Source: Clostridia bacterium
GTDB taxonomy: Bacteria; Bacillota; Clostridia; Christensenellales; UBA1242
Direction of reading: 5' to 3'
Length of the DNA: 64,000 bases
Assembly (NCBI GenBank): GCA_045588915.1
Contig: JAZNFA010000003.1
Location: 45,407 to 109,406 of the forward strand
In this document: positions 8,921 to 18,565 of the stretch, in pieces
Numbering within the stretch: position 1 is the first letter of the stretch
Layout: every line of letters starts with the position of its first letter
Position numbers and translations under genes: made by a program
The notes under the pieces: generated by a model
The model's database searches: none
What the model was told of the DNA's origin: nothing
What the model saw: only the letters and a program-made list of their open reading frames with translations

Positions 8921-10261
8921 TTACTGACGAATAAATTCCAAAACGTAAGCGTCAATCGTATCACGGTCGGTTTTGACTTTCTCACTAATTGCAACACCAC
9001 CAACTACAAAGACTTCGTGGTTCAATGCTAACACCGGAGTGGTTGGACGCAAACGAGCTGGAATTTTTTTATCTGTCATATAAGCGTTTAATTTCTTAGT
9101 ACCACCACCGATTTTTTCAAACATATCGCCATCCAAACGGAAACGCCATTTGGCTTTCTTTGGTAACTTATCGGCATCGATTACACACAAACCACGTTGA
9201 ATCGCCAATTTATAACTAATTGTCTTGGTTACCGAAACCGTACCAAAACCTTCAATCAAAGTTTTACCGACACGGAAACTATATTCCTTGAATTGTGGAC
9301 GGTTTTCACTACGCACCAAACTAATGTATTCGTATTCCTTTACAGCATAAGAATTATGTGGCAATGAAACTTTTTCACCGTTCAAACCATCAGCACTCAA
9401 AGCAATGATTGCCTTGATGTGTTTGATTTCAATATCAATACGCAAATCCAACAATTCCAAAGCGTGGTAAATCACACGAGTAATAATTGAAGACGGCATA
9501 TAGAAACGAGTCAACGGAATACGTACCACATTGCCATCACGTACAATTCCATTCATATCACATTGCTCTGTAATAAATTTATTATCACGTGCTGCAATCT
9601 TTGCAAATGAAGCCAAGTTTTCGGCTGCACCACGCCACTCACGTGTAATCTCTGGCATAATAATGTTGCGAATATAATTACGGCTGTACATATTGTCGTC
9701 GTTAGTTTCGTCTTCCACGTGTGGAATACTGTTACGATAATTGTAAGCAATAATGTCGCTTTTCTTTGTTTCCAAGAAAGGACGAATATAAAAGTCACGC
9801 ACCGGCGCCATACCTGACGCACCCTCTAAGCTGCAACCACGAAATAAGTGCATTAACACAGTTTCGGCTTGGTCATTCAAATGATGTGCCAAAGCAAATT
9901 TGGTCAGTTTGTATTTCTTCATTGCTGCTTCAAAGCATTGATAACGTAATTCACGAGCTGCCACTTCCAAACCAACTTTATTTGCCGTTGAATACTCTGG
10001 CGCATTCACCGAATATTTCGCAAAAGGAATATTATTTTCTTCGCAGTATTTTTTCACAAAACGTAAATCACGATTAGCCGCTTTGCGAATATTATGGTTC
10101 ACGTGAACAGCCAAAATTTCAAAATCTAATTGCTGCGACAAATTATTTAACAAAGTTAATAACGCCATACTATCTTCGCCACCAGAGACAGCAATACCAA
10201 CACGGTCCCCTGCGTCGATCATTTTATGATCTGTAATATATTGAATAACTGATGCTTCCAT
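8921..10261 (-). CDS. tilS: tRNA(Ile)-lysidine synthetase
   Basis: PP-loop GIAVSGGEDS about 20 aa from the preferred start (MEASVIQYI...). The track start at 10297 is a TTG lying inside the divergent rpmG promoter. Confidence 0.85.
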   Translation of the reverse strand: MEASVIQYITDHKMIDAGDRVGIAVSGGEDSMALLTLLNNLSQQLDFEILAVHVNHNIRKAANRDLRFVKKYCEENNIPFAKYSVNAPEYSTANKVGLEVAARELRYQCFEAAMKKYKLTKFALAHHLNDQAETVLMHLFRGCSLEGASGMAPVRDFYIRPFLETKKSDIIAYNYRNSIPHVEDETNDDNMYSRNYIRNIIMPEITREWRGAAENLASFAKIAARDNKFITEQCDMNGIVRDGNVVRIPLTRFYMPSSIITRVIYHALELLDLRIDIEIKHIKAIIALSADGLNGEKVSLPHNSYAVKEYEYISLVRSENRPQFKEYSFRVGKTLIEGFGTVSVTKTISYKLAIQRGLCVIDADKLPKKAKWRFRLDGDMFEKIGGGTKKLNAYMTDKKIPARLRPTTPVLALNHEVFVVGGVAISEKVKTDRDTIDAYVLEFIRQ

Positions 10262-10286
10262 TAACTCTATATTAACATATATGTGC

Positions 10287-10356
10287 TTGACAATCAAGAG
10301 CCTTGGTTATATTATATATAATAAATAAAGACATCCGCGAAAGGGGTCTTTTTTTT
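10287..10356 (+). promoter_or_regulatory. rpmG-secE-nusG promoter followed by a terminator-like leader hairpin
   Basis: TTGACA (10287-10292), 17 nt, TATTAT (10310-10315). Hairpin at 10328-10350 (AAAGAC...GGTCTTT with a GCGAAA loop), then T8, then SD AAGGAGAGGAG. Confidence 0.5.
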
Positions 10357-10373
10357 AAGGAGAGGAGAAAATT

Positions 10374-10541
10374 ATGGCAAACAAAAAAGGTAATCGCGTT
10401 CCAATGGTATTGGTTTGCACCGAATGCAACCAACGTAATTACGACACGGAAAAAAACAAGAAGAATGATCCAGAACGTAAAACGTTAACCAAATATTGCC
10501 GCTTCTGCCGCAAGCACACGGAACACAAAGAAAGCAAATAA
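10374..10541 (+). CDS. rpmG: 50S ribosomal protein L33 (55 aa, zinc-ribbon form)
   Basis: Not in the ORF track because it is under 60 aa. Hand translation: [55 protein letters not shown]. Strong SD. Upstream of secE-nusG. Confidence 0.9.
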   Translation: MANKKGNRVPMVLVCTECNQRNYDTEKNKKNDPERKTLTKYCRFCRKHTEHKESK

Positions 10542-10550
10542 GGAGGCTGC

Positions 10551-11042
10551 ATGGGTTCAAAATCAAAGCGCAGACATGCACAAAAGCAATACAACAGGGC
10601 ACAAAACAAAGCCCCTATTCCGTCTGCTAATACTGCAGTAGAAAATGATACTGCATTAGTTTCAACGGAATCAATGTCAGTTATTATGACACCAAAAGAA
10701 TTGCGCAAAGCCGAAAAAGAACGCGCAAAACAAGCTAAACGCTTACAAAAAGAACAAGCCAAAGCTAACGCCGAAAAAAACAAAGAAAAGAAAGAGAAAA
10801 AAGAAAAGAAACCATTTTTCTTGGTACGTTTCTTTAAATGGATGGCACGTGGTATTGTAAGTATTTTTAGCGAACTCAAAAAAGTTCACTGGCCAACCTT
10901 CAAACAAGTAATGAAATCAACAGGTATCGTCTTAGGAATAGTTATCATCTTTGGTATCATCTTACTTGGTATGTGGATTTTATTCGGCTTACTACACTAC
11001 TTGTTAGTCAATGGTAGTCTCTCAGATTGGAAGGTCTTTTAA
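10551..11042 (+). CDS. secE: preprotein translocase subunit SecE with a ~98-aa K/E-rich N-terminal extension
   Basis: C-terminal ...SELKKVHWPTFKQVMKSTGIVLGIVIIFGIILLG is SecE-like. SD AAGGAGG 5 nt before the ATG at 10551 supports the long form. Confidence 0.85.
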   Translation: MGSKSKRRHAQKQYNRAQNKAPIPSANTAVENDTALVSTESMSVIMTPKELRKAEKERAKQAKRLQKEQAKANAEKNKEKKEKKEKKPFFLVRFFKWMARGIVSIFSELKKVHWPTFKQVMKSTGIVLGIVIIFGIILLGMWILFGLLHYLLVNGSLSDWKVF

Positions 11043-11051
11043 GGAGGATTT

Positions 11052-11675
11052 ATGGAAGAGAACACAAATATTACAGACAACAAAATCGCCCAAGAATTGG
11101 CAAATGATATGCCACCTGAATTGAAAGTTGCTGGTAATCAACGTCGTGACAGTGAAGCTCGTTGGTACGTTTTACACACATTCAATGGTTACGAAGCTGT
11201 CGCAGAAGATAACTTAAAAAAAGTTATTGAAAAATATCATTTGGAAGACCGTGTTTTGGAAATTTATATTCCAACAGAAGATACGATGACCGAAAAGAAA
11301 GACGGCACAAAGGTAATTAAGAGTCAACACAGTATGCCAACTTACATCTTCGTTAAAATGATTTACGGCGATGATATTTGGCACACCATTACCCGTACTC
11401 GTGGTATTACTGGTTTCGTTGGTCCAAAAGGACGCCCATTACCATTGTCAAATGCCGATGTAATGAAAATGCGTTTGGAACGTAAAATTAACGCCAAAGT
11501 TTCATTCGAAGTTGATGATGTTGTTACCATTATTGACGGCCCATTGATGGGACAAACAGCAAAGATTACTAACGTTGACGCAGCCAACCACAAAATCACT
11601 GTTATGGTAAATATGTTTGGTCGCAGCAACAAAGTTGAATTACACACCAGTCAAATCAAAGCATTGGAAAACTAA
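11052..11675 (+). CDS. nusG: transcription termination/antitermination factor NusG
   Basis: WYVLHTFNGYE (NGN domain) and a C-terminal KOW domain (DGPLMGQTAKI). Follows secE. Confidence 0.93.
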   Translation: MEENTNITDNKIAQELANDMPPELKVAGNQRRDSEARWYVLHTFNGYEAVAEDNLKKVIEKYHLEDRVLEIYIPTEDTMTEKKDGTKVIKSQHSMPTYIFVKMIYGDDIWHTITRTRGITGFVGPKGRPLPLSNADVMKMRLERKINAKVSFEVDDVVTIIDGPLMGQTAKITNVDAANHKITVMVNMFGRSNKVELHTSQIKALEN

Positions 11676-11688
11676 TCTTCGCAACAAC

Positions 11689-11720
11689 AAAAAAGAGTAT
11701 CCAACCGGGTACTCTTTTTT
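11689..11720. terminator. bidirectional intrinsic terminator (nusG / clpX)
   Basis: AAAAAGAGTA-tccaaccggg-TACTCTTTTT. Confidence 0.7.
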
Positions 11721-11738
11721 AATGCCTATTTTTTTTGC

Positions 11739-13076
11739 TTACGCCGAAGCCAAAGGTTTGGATGCTGTTTTTGCTTTACTTTGATTAGCTTTCTTTTCAG
11801 TGTTTTTTTCTGTTGCATTCTCTGTTACAGTTTTTTCAGCGTGTAGGATTTTTGGTTTTGTTACTTTGTTAATTACATCAGCATTGATAATAATTTTATC
11901 AATCGTTTTATCGGCTGGCGTTTGATACATTACGTCCAATAATGCATCTTCCAAAATTGTACGCAATCCACGTGCACCCGTTTTTAATTCCAAAGCTAAA
12001 TCAGCCACACGTTCAATTGCATCTTTGGTGATTTCTAATTTTACATTATCCAAAGAAAACATTTTCACAAATTGTTTAATTAACGCATTTTTGGGTTGCG
12101 TCATAATTTTGATTAACGCTTCACGGTCTAAAGCTTCCAAACCAACAACGACCGGCACACGCCCAACAAACTCAGGAATGATACCGAACTTTACCAAATC
12201 AACTGGACTAACTTTTTTTACGTCAGTTAAAGCTGCCGATTCGTCCGTATTGTTTTTTAACTCAGCTCCAAAACCTAAACCCGAACCATTCAAACGAGCC
12301 GAAACAATTTTTTCCAAACCGACAAAAGCACCACCGACAATGAATAAAATATTTGAAGTATCAATTTGAATACATTCTTGACTTGGATGTTTACGTCCAC
12401 CCTGTGGTGGCACGTTCGCAACTGTACCTTCAATAATTTTTAATAACGATTGTTGTACACCCTCGCCCGACACGTCTCTTGTAATACTACGGTTTTCACC
12501 CTTCTTCGCAATCTTATCAATTTCGTCAACATAAACAATTCCACGTTGCGCTTTTTCAACATCATAATCACAATTTTGCAACAACTTTAACAAAATATTC
12601 TCGACATCTTCACCAACATAACCAGCTTCGGTTAATGTCGTCGCATCAGCAATTGCAAATGGAACATCCAAAATACGTGCCAAATTCTTCGCCAGTAAAG
12701 TTTTTCCCGAACCGGTCGGTCCAATCATTAAAATGTTACTTTTTTCTAATTCAACATCGTCAGGTTTACGGTCTTTCTTTTTACTGTGTTTTAAATATTG
12801 ATTGTAATTAATTCTTTTGTAGTGATTATATACAGCAACAGATAAAGTTTTTTTTGCTTCATCTTGTCCGATAATATATTCATCTAATTTTGCCTTAATC
12901 ACAGCCGGTGGCAACAAAACTAAATCTTCCGGAGTTGTATGTTCACGATGTGCCAAAAGAACATCAGCACAAGCTTCAATACAATATTCACAGATATAAG
13001 CCGACCCTGTCGGACTACCAATGATTTTTTTAACTTCGCGGCTACTACGGCCACAAAAACTACATAAAGTGTTCAT
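11739..13076 (-). CDS. clpX: ATP-dependent Clp protease ATP-binding subunit ClpX
   Basis: Zinc-binding CSFCG...CEYC. Walker A GPTGSGKT. Start re-picked to the ATG preceded by SD GGGAGG. Confidence 0.95.
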   Translation of the reverse strand: MNTLCSFCGRSSREVKKIIGSPTGSAYICEYCIEACADVLLAHREHTTPEDLVLLPPAVIKAKLDEYIIGQDEAKKTLSVAVYNHYKRINYNQYLKHSKKKDRKPDDVELEKSNILMIGPTGSGKTLLAKNLARILDVPFAIADATTLTEAGYVGEDVENILLKLLQNCDYDVEKAQRGIVYVDEIDKIAKKGENRSITRDVSGEGVQQSLLKIIEGTVANVPPQGGRKHPSQECIQIDTSNILFIVGGAFVGLEKIVSARLNGSGLGFGAELKNNTDESAALTDVKKVSPVDLVKFGIIPEFVGRVPVVVGLEALDREALIKIMTQPKNALIKQFVKMFSLDNVKLEITKDAIERVADLALELKTGARGLRTILEDALLDVMYQTPADKTIDKIIINADVINKVTKPKILHAEKTVTENATEKNTEKKANQSKAKTASKPLASA

Positions 13077-13137
13077 CACACCTCCCTTTGAAAACAATGT
13101 TAATAGTTAGTTTCCCAAAGCACGTTAGGTTTATACC

Positions 13138-13719
13138 TCAACCACGCTTTGTGAATACTTGGTCAACTAACCCATATTCTTTTGCTTCGTTTGCTGACAT
13201 ATAGTGATCACGTTCACAATCAGCCATTACTTGTTCTTGTGATTTACCACAATTCTCAGCCAAGATTTTTGTTAAACGTTTTTTCAAACGCAAGATATGC
13301 TCAGCTTGAATTTGAATATCGGTCGCTTGACCTTGTGCCCCACCCAACGGCTGGTGAATCATAATTTCACTATTTGCCAAAGCATAACGTTTTCCCTTTG
13401 CGCCAGCTGACAATAAGAATGCACCCATTGAAGCAGCCATACCAACACAAATTGTAGAAACATCGCACTTGATGTATTGCATTGTATCATAGATCGCAAA
13501 ACCATCAGTAACAGAACCCCCTGGACTGTTGATATACAAAGAAATGTCTTTATTTGGATCTTTTGCTTCCAAATAAATCAACTGCGCTACAACTAAATTC
13601 GCTGACTGCGCATTTACTTCGCCGTTCAAAAACACAATGCGGTCTTCCAACAAACGACTGTAAATATCATAACTTCTTTCACCGTTTGCTGTTTGATCGA
13701 CCACCATTGGAACTAACAT
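13138..13719 (-). CDS. clpP: ATP-dependent Clp protease proteolytic subunit
   Basis: 193 aa. [11 protein letters not shown] (active-site Ser), IMIHQP. Confidence 0.96.
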   Translation of the reverse strand: MLVPMVVDQTANGERSYDIYSRLLEDRIVFLNGEVNAQSANLVVAQLIYLEAKDPNKDISLYINSPGGSVTDGFAIYDTMQYIKCDVSTICVGMAASMGAFLLSAGAKGKRYALANSEIMIHQPLGGAQGQATDIQIQAEHILRLKKRLTKILAENCGKSQEQVMADCERDHYMSANEAKEYGLVDQVFTKRG

Positions 13720-14879
13720 ATTTTGTTCCTCCCCTTTAAGAATATGGTCAAATTATTGAATTGTTTTTGTCGGTCTTTGTCGGACAATTGTTCTTTTTCG
13801 ACGATTGCATCCATAACTAAACGCATCTTTACTTGTTTAGCAGCAATTTGATGTTGTTCATCGTGAATTTTTTCAACTGTTGTTCCCATAAATTGAGCAT
13901 ACATTTCCAAGCTTGCACCTTGTGCAGCCAGTTTGTGTTCCATATCGTGAATCATTGCGTGAGCATAGTCGTGAATCATTTTGTCAGGAATTTCCACTTT
14001 TGCATTGTCCATAATTGCTTCGAACAATTTTTCTTCATCAGCATATTCTGCTTGCTTAGTTGCTTGTTCGGTTAATTTTTTCAAAATGTCTGCTTTAAAA
14101 TCTTTCATATTGTCGAATTCAGAAACTTCTTTCGCAAATTCATCATCCAAAGCAGGCATTTGTTTTTGCATAATATTGTGCAAAGTAACTTCAAATTTTG
14201 CTTTCGCATTTTTTAAATCTTCAACGTGATAAGTTGCAGGGAAAGTTACGTTAACGTCACGGCTTTCACCCATTTTCATCCCAACTAATTGGTCTTCGAA
14301 ATTATCAATGAAACTGTGGCTACCAATTTCTAATTCGTAATTTTGTGCTGTGCCACCTTCAAAGTATTTACCATCTACACTACCTTTAAAATCAATGACA
14401 GCAATATCGCCATTTTCAACTGCGTGGTCCTTATCAGCCGCGACTTGCTTTGCACGTGTTTCTTGTAAGCGACTTAAATAAGCATCAACATCTTTGTCAC
14501 CAACTTTAACTTCAGTTTTCTTAATTTCCAAGCCGGTATATTGACCCAAAGTAACTTCTGGTTCAATATCGCATTGAGCTGTTAATTTAACGCCACCATC
14601 AGCCGTAAAATCAAAATCCAAACGTGGATAGTCAATCAATTTTAATTCATCGCCAAAATTTGCCGCGAATAAATCTTGTACAGCATCTTCAAGGAAGATA
14701 CCTGCGCCATATTGTTGTTCCACCATTTTTCGTGGAGCTTTTCCCGCACGGAAACCAGCTACCTTATATTTACTTGCATTTTTCTTGTAAGCGTTTTCAA
14801 TTGCCGCTTCCCATTCTTCTTTGTTGAAAGTCATTTCGACTGTTGCTTGATTTTTTTGTTTTGTAATTTTTTTGTCCAT
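13713..14879 (-). CDS. tig: trigger factor (388 aa, compact)
   Basis: N-terminal ...[18 protein letters not shown]-like middle region. Sits upstream of clpP-clpX. Confidence 0.88.
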   Translation of the reverse strand: MDKKITKQKNQATVEMTFNKEEWEAAIENAYKKNASKYKVAGFRAGKAPRKMVEQQYGAGIFLEDAVQDLFAANFGDELKLIDYPRLDFDFTADGGVKLTAQCDIEPEVTLGQYTGLEIKKTEVKVGDKDVDAYLSRLQETRAKQVAADKDHAVENGDIAVIDFKGSVDGKYFEGGTAQNYELEIGSHSFIDNFEDQLVGMKMGESRDVNVTFPATYHVEDLKNAKAKFEVTLHNIMQKQMPALDDEFAKEVSEFDNMKDFKADILKKLTEQATKQAEYADEEKLFEAIMDNAKVEIPDKMIHDYAHAMIHDMEHKLAAQGASLEMYAQFMGTTVEKIHDEQHQIAAKQVKMRLVMDAIVEKEQLSDKDRQKQFNNLTIFLKGRNKIC

Positions 14880-14898
14880 AAGGATTATTATACCTTAT

Positions 14899-15375
14899 TT
14901 ACACGGTCAATAGCAAGGAAAACAACGCAATCATTAAACCAACTTTAAATAAAATGGTAAAAACGAACCCCCATTTCCGACGACGTAAGTAACGATTTTC
15001 TTCGTCAGTAAAAGTCGCCGTCATTTCAACCATCTCACCGGCAGCTTGTTTGTCATAAACTTCTTTCAAGTGTTGATACTGGATTTCACGTATTCTTTCT
15101 AAAAAATAAACACGTGATTGCATACTGTCCCATAAAGTGCCTGCACCAACGACAAGCAAACTCAACATACCCAGATAACGCAATATGATTAAAATCTCTT
15201 GAATAAAAAAAACATCTAAATTATCACCAGCAGAGATTAACATCAACCTTAATACTAAATAAATTATCGAAATCAATGTGATAAAAACAAGTCCAAAAAA
15301 GAAAATTTTACGACCAGTATTAGCCGTAAAATAATCTTTTACTTTGGTAAATGCATTTTGGAAAAATTGCTTCAT
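14899..15375 (-). CDS. hypothetical membrane protein (158 aa)
   Basis: Several hydrophobic helices. No family recognised. Confidence 0.5.
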   Translation of the reverse strand: MKQFFQNAFTKVKDYFTANTGRKIFFFGLVFITLISIIYLVLRLMLISAGDNLDVFFIQEILIILRYLGMLSLLVVGAGTLWDSMQSRVYFLERIREIQYQHLKEVYDKQAAGEMVEMTATFTDEENRYLRRRKWGFVFTILFKVGLMIALFSLLLTV

Positions 15376-15377
15376 TT

Positions 15378-15662
15378 TTATTTAAAACGAATGTTCATAT
15401 TGCCCAAAACCAAGAACACCACGATTAACACAATGGCAACGAACCAAACAGCCAACCACCATCCTTTACGTGTACGTGCATAACCGAACGAATGGCAAGC
15501 CACTACGATGTATGACAACACTTCTGCCAATAATTTTAAAGCGCTAACAAGTTGTGCAGTCAGTCCAACCATTTCAAAAATCCAGGACAATAACAACACA
15601 AGACCAACGCCAACGATTGACAAGTATGACAACACGTTCAAAATGCTACTTCTTGATGACAT
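15378..15662 (-). CDS. hypothetical small membrane protein (94 aa)
   Basis: Three predicted TM helices. No family recognised. Confidence 0.5.
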   Translation of the reverse strand: MSSRSSILNVLSYLSIVGVGLVLLLSWIFEMVGLTAQLVSALKLLAEVLSYIVVACHSFGYARTRKGWWLAVWFVAIVLIVVFLVLGNMNIRFK

Positions 15663-15675
15663 TAATTTTACCTCC

Positions 15676-16512
15676 TTATCTTAAATAATAACATTTTTCA
15701 CAAGCTACGGCAAACTCTTTTGTCGGAGCAATAGACAAATGCACCGGTTGTTCTGTGATTGGATGCACAAAATCCAAACGCACAGCCTCTAACATTTGCC
15801 CACTACCACTATTATATTCAGGATCACCCACAATCGGATGATGAATTGCTTTACAATGAACACGGATTTGATGCGTCCGTCCTGTTTCCAAAGTAAACTC
15901 ACATAAAGTATGTCGCGCATAACGTTCTAAAACTTTTAGATGTGTTATTGCACGACGACCACCTTGTTCGGTCACCGTAAAGATTGTGCGATGTTGTGGA
16001 TGACGAATAATATTCTTATCAATTTTCATATCACAAGCAACACGCCCATCAACCAAACCGTGGTAAGTTCTTTGAATCGTATGTTGCTCAAACATTTTCG
16101 CCAAACGGCTTTGACATTCGATAGTCTTCGCGACAATTAACAAACCAGCCGTATTTTTATCTAAGCGATGCACAATTCCAGCACGTTCTAAATTTCCTTG
16201 CCCACGCCCCAACAAAGCATTCAACACTGTGCCACTTTTTACGCCAGCACCAGGATGCACCACCATTCCACGTGGCTTATTGATGACCATCAAATGTTCG
16301 TCTTCATAAACTATTTCCAATGGTAAAGCTTCCGGTTCAGCCGTTATCAATACGGGTTGCAAATCCCCAGCCACGACATCGCTTGCACGCAATTCGTAAC
16401 CAGCCTTAACTTTTTGTCCATTCACAGTAAAATCACCACGTTTAATTCCAGCTACAATTTGACTACGTGTTACATTTGAATATTTTTCACAAAGATACTT
16501 ATCGAAACGCAA
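15676..16512 (-). CDS. rluD: 23S rRNA pseudouridine synthase, RluA/RluD type with S4 domain
   Basis: S4-like N-terminus and the HRLDKNTAGLL catalytic motif. Confidence 0.85.
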   Translation of the reverse strand: MRFDKYLCEKYSNVTRSQIVAGIKRGDFTVNGQKVKAGYELRASDVVAGDLQPVLITAEPEALPLEIVYEDEHLMVINKPRGMVVHPGAGVKSGTVLNALLGRGQGNLERAGIVHRLDKNTAGLLIVAKTIECQSRLAKMFEQHTIQRTYHGLVDGRVACDMKIDKNIIRHPQHRTIFTVTEQGGRRAITHLKVLERYARHTLCEFTLETGRTHQIRVHCKAIHHPIVGDPEYNSGSGQMLEAVRLDFVHPITEQPVHLSIAPTKEFAVACEKCYYLR

Positions 16513-16888
16513 CCTGCCCCCCTACCATCATTGCACCGATAATCAATGCAATGTCAGCAATATTATTTTTAAAAATGATAAAATTCAAGAAATCGTGCAC
16601 GGCGCCACCGGTCAACATACGGTCAATCGCATTGCCTAAAACACCACCAATAAACAGCGCTAAACCGACCGTGAACCAGTATGATTTTTTACGTGGTGTA
16701 CGACAATACCAAACAGTCGCCGCAATAACAATCACCAACGATAGAATCACAACCAAGATCCATAACCACGGCAAGTGTGCACCTAATCCCCAAGCAATAC
16801 CAGCATTCAAAATACCATCACAAGTAAACTTAGTGATTAAATCCACACTAACCACAGCAAGAATTACACCGGCAAAAAGCCAAATCAT
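16499..16888 (-). CDS. lspA: lipoprotein signal peptidase (SPase II)
   Basis: 129 aa with four TM helices. GNAIDR and VHDFLNF motifs. Confidence 0.88.
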   Translation of the reverse strand: MIWLFAGVILAVVSVDLITKFTCDGILNAGIAWGLGAHLPWLWILVVILSLVIVIAATVWYCRTPRKKSYWFTVGLALFIGGVLGNAIDRMLTGGAVHDFLNFIIFKNNIADIALIIGAMMVGGQVAFR

Positions 16889-18549
16889 TGACCAACCTTT
16901 TCCAACATTGAAACAACGATGGGACGACGATTATAACTTTTTTGGAAATAATTTTGTACATCTTTACGAATTTGATTACGTACATCATTTACATCATTAC
17001 CGTTGAAAGGCATTTTTTCTAACGATTCCAAAACAACACCACGAATATCAATAATCACTTTTTCCAATTCGTGAGCATAAGCCAAACCTTTCATAATGAC
17101 ATCTGGTCCCGACAACAAATCACCCGTCTTGCCGTCATAACCCAAACCAATCACACAAATACCATCTTCAGCCAAAGCTTGACGGTCACGTAAAACTGAA
17201 CTATCAATATCACCTGCCCCAAAGCCATCAATCAAACGAGAACCGTGAGGTACTGAGCCAACTTTCTTCAAACCAGTTGCAGATAACTCCCAGCATTCAC
17301 CCAACTCTGCCATGTGGACATTACGTGCTGGCATACCCATACGCTTTGCCAAATCACAGTGCTTCTTTAACATCTTGTATTCACCGTGAATCGGAATAAA
17401 ATTACGTGGACGCAATAAAGCGTGAATAATTTTAATTTCTTCCTGACAAGCGTGACCTGATACGTGTACTGCTGCCAAACGTTCATAAACAACTTCACAA
17501 CCACGATGGACTAAATTGTTGACTACATCAGCCACAGCCCCCTCATTACCTGAAATTGGCGACGCCGAGAAAATCACAGCATCACTCGGTCCTAAGTTGA
17601 TTTGTGCAAATTCGCCATTTGCCATACGACTAAGTGCAGCATTCGGTTCACCCTGACTACCAGTTAATAAGACCAACACCTCTTCGTTTTTAAAAGCATT
17701 TATCTTACTGATTTCAATAATATTTTCTGGACGTGTTTTCATTTCGCCCAATTTAATCGCAATATCACTGACAGCAATCATACTACGCCCTAAGAAAGCA
17801 ACCTTACGTTTATACTTCTGCGCTAAATCTAAAATCTGTTGCATACGATGTACGTTCGACGCAAATGAAGTAATAAACATACGTTTGTCTTTGTATTGCG
17901 CAAATAATTCATCCAAACGTTCGCCAACCGTTGTTTCACTCATTGTGAATCCTTCACGTTCAATGTTTGTACTTTCACACAATAACAAAGAAACACCACG
18001 ACGACCAATCTCACCAATTCGCGCCAAATCAATCGGTTGATTATCCACTGGTGTTAAATCAATTTTCAAATCCCCTGTGTGGAAAACTGTTCCCAACGGT
18101 GTCGTAATTGCCACAGCAAACGCACCAGGTATCGAGTGGTTTACGTGCACAAACTCAACTGAGAACTCACCAATCTTTACCACAGCACGTGGACGCACAG
18201 CCACAGCCTTTACTTTCAAACCAGAATGTTCACGTAATTTATGTTCAATTAAACCTAAAGTCATACGACTGGCATAGATTGGTGCTGGTACTTCTTTTAA
18301 AGCGTGTGGCAAACCACCAATGTGGTCTTCGTGCCCGTGCGTAATGATGTAACCTTTGACTTTATTTTTATTGCGAATCAAATAAGTAATATCCTGCACA
18401 ACCATATCAATCCCTGGCATTTTATTTGCATCAGGAAATCCCAAGCCAGCATCAACTACGATAATATCATCACCAAATTCGAAAACGGTCATATTCTTAC
18501 CGATTTCACCCAAGCCCCCCAAGAAACTAATTTTTAAATTTTTACTCAT
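16885..18549 (-). CDS. rnj: ribonuclease J
   Basis: Metallo-beta-lactamase HGHEDHIGG. 554 aa beta-CASP architecture typical of RNase J. Confidence 0.9.
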   Translation of the reverse strand: MSKNLKISFLGGLGEIGKNMTVFEFGDDIIVVDAGLGFPDANKMPGIDMVVQDITYLIRNKNKVKGYIITHGHEDHIGGLPHALKEVPAPIYASRMTLGLIEHKLREHSGLKVKAVAVRPRAVVKIGEFSVEFVHVNHSIPGAFAVAITTPLGTVFHTGDLKIDLTPVDNQPIDLARIGEIGRRGVSLLLCESTNIEREGFTMSETTVGERLDELFAQYKDKRMFITSFASNVHRMQQILDLAQKYKRKVAFLGRSMIAVSDIAIKLGEMKTRPENIIEISKINAFKNEEVLVLLTGSQGEPNAALSRMANGEFAQINLGPSDAVIFSASPISGNEGAVADVVNNLVHRGCEVVYERLAAVHVSGHACQEEIKIIHALLRPRNFIPIHGEYKMLKKHCDLAKRMGMPARNVHMAELGECWELSATGLKKVGSVPHGSRLIDGFGAGDIDSSVLRDRQALAEDGICVIGLGYDGKTGDLLSGPDVIMKGLAYAHELEKVIIDIRGVVLESLEKMPFNGNDVNDVRNQIRKDVQNYFQKSYNRRPIVVSMLEKVGQ

Positions 18550-18565
18550 TTCCTCTCCTTACTCT

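Noticed and set aside
10780-10815. The purine-rich aaagaaaag repeats as a tandem DNA repeat or slippage tract
   Set aside because: It simply encodes the KEKKEKKEKK low-complexity segment of the SecE extension. There is no exact repeat unit or length-variable homopolymer.
16467-17006. Long antisense ORFs: this 179-aa ORF opposite lspA/rnj, and similar ones at 23299-23775 opposite ftsY, 48801-49334 opposite gltX and 10439-10879 opposite secE
   Set aside because: They are shadow ORFs on the strand opposite well-supported conserved genes. Their composition is low-complexity or odd, and they have no SD or promoter. This is expected by chance opposite genes with biased codon usage.
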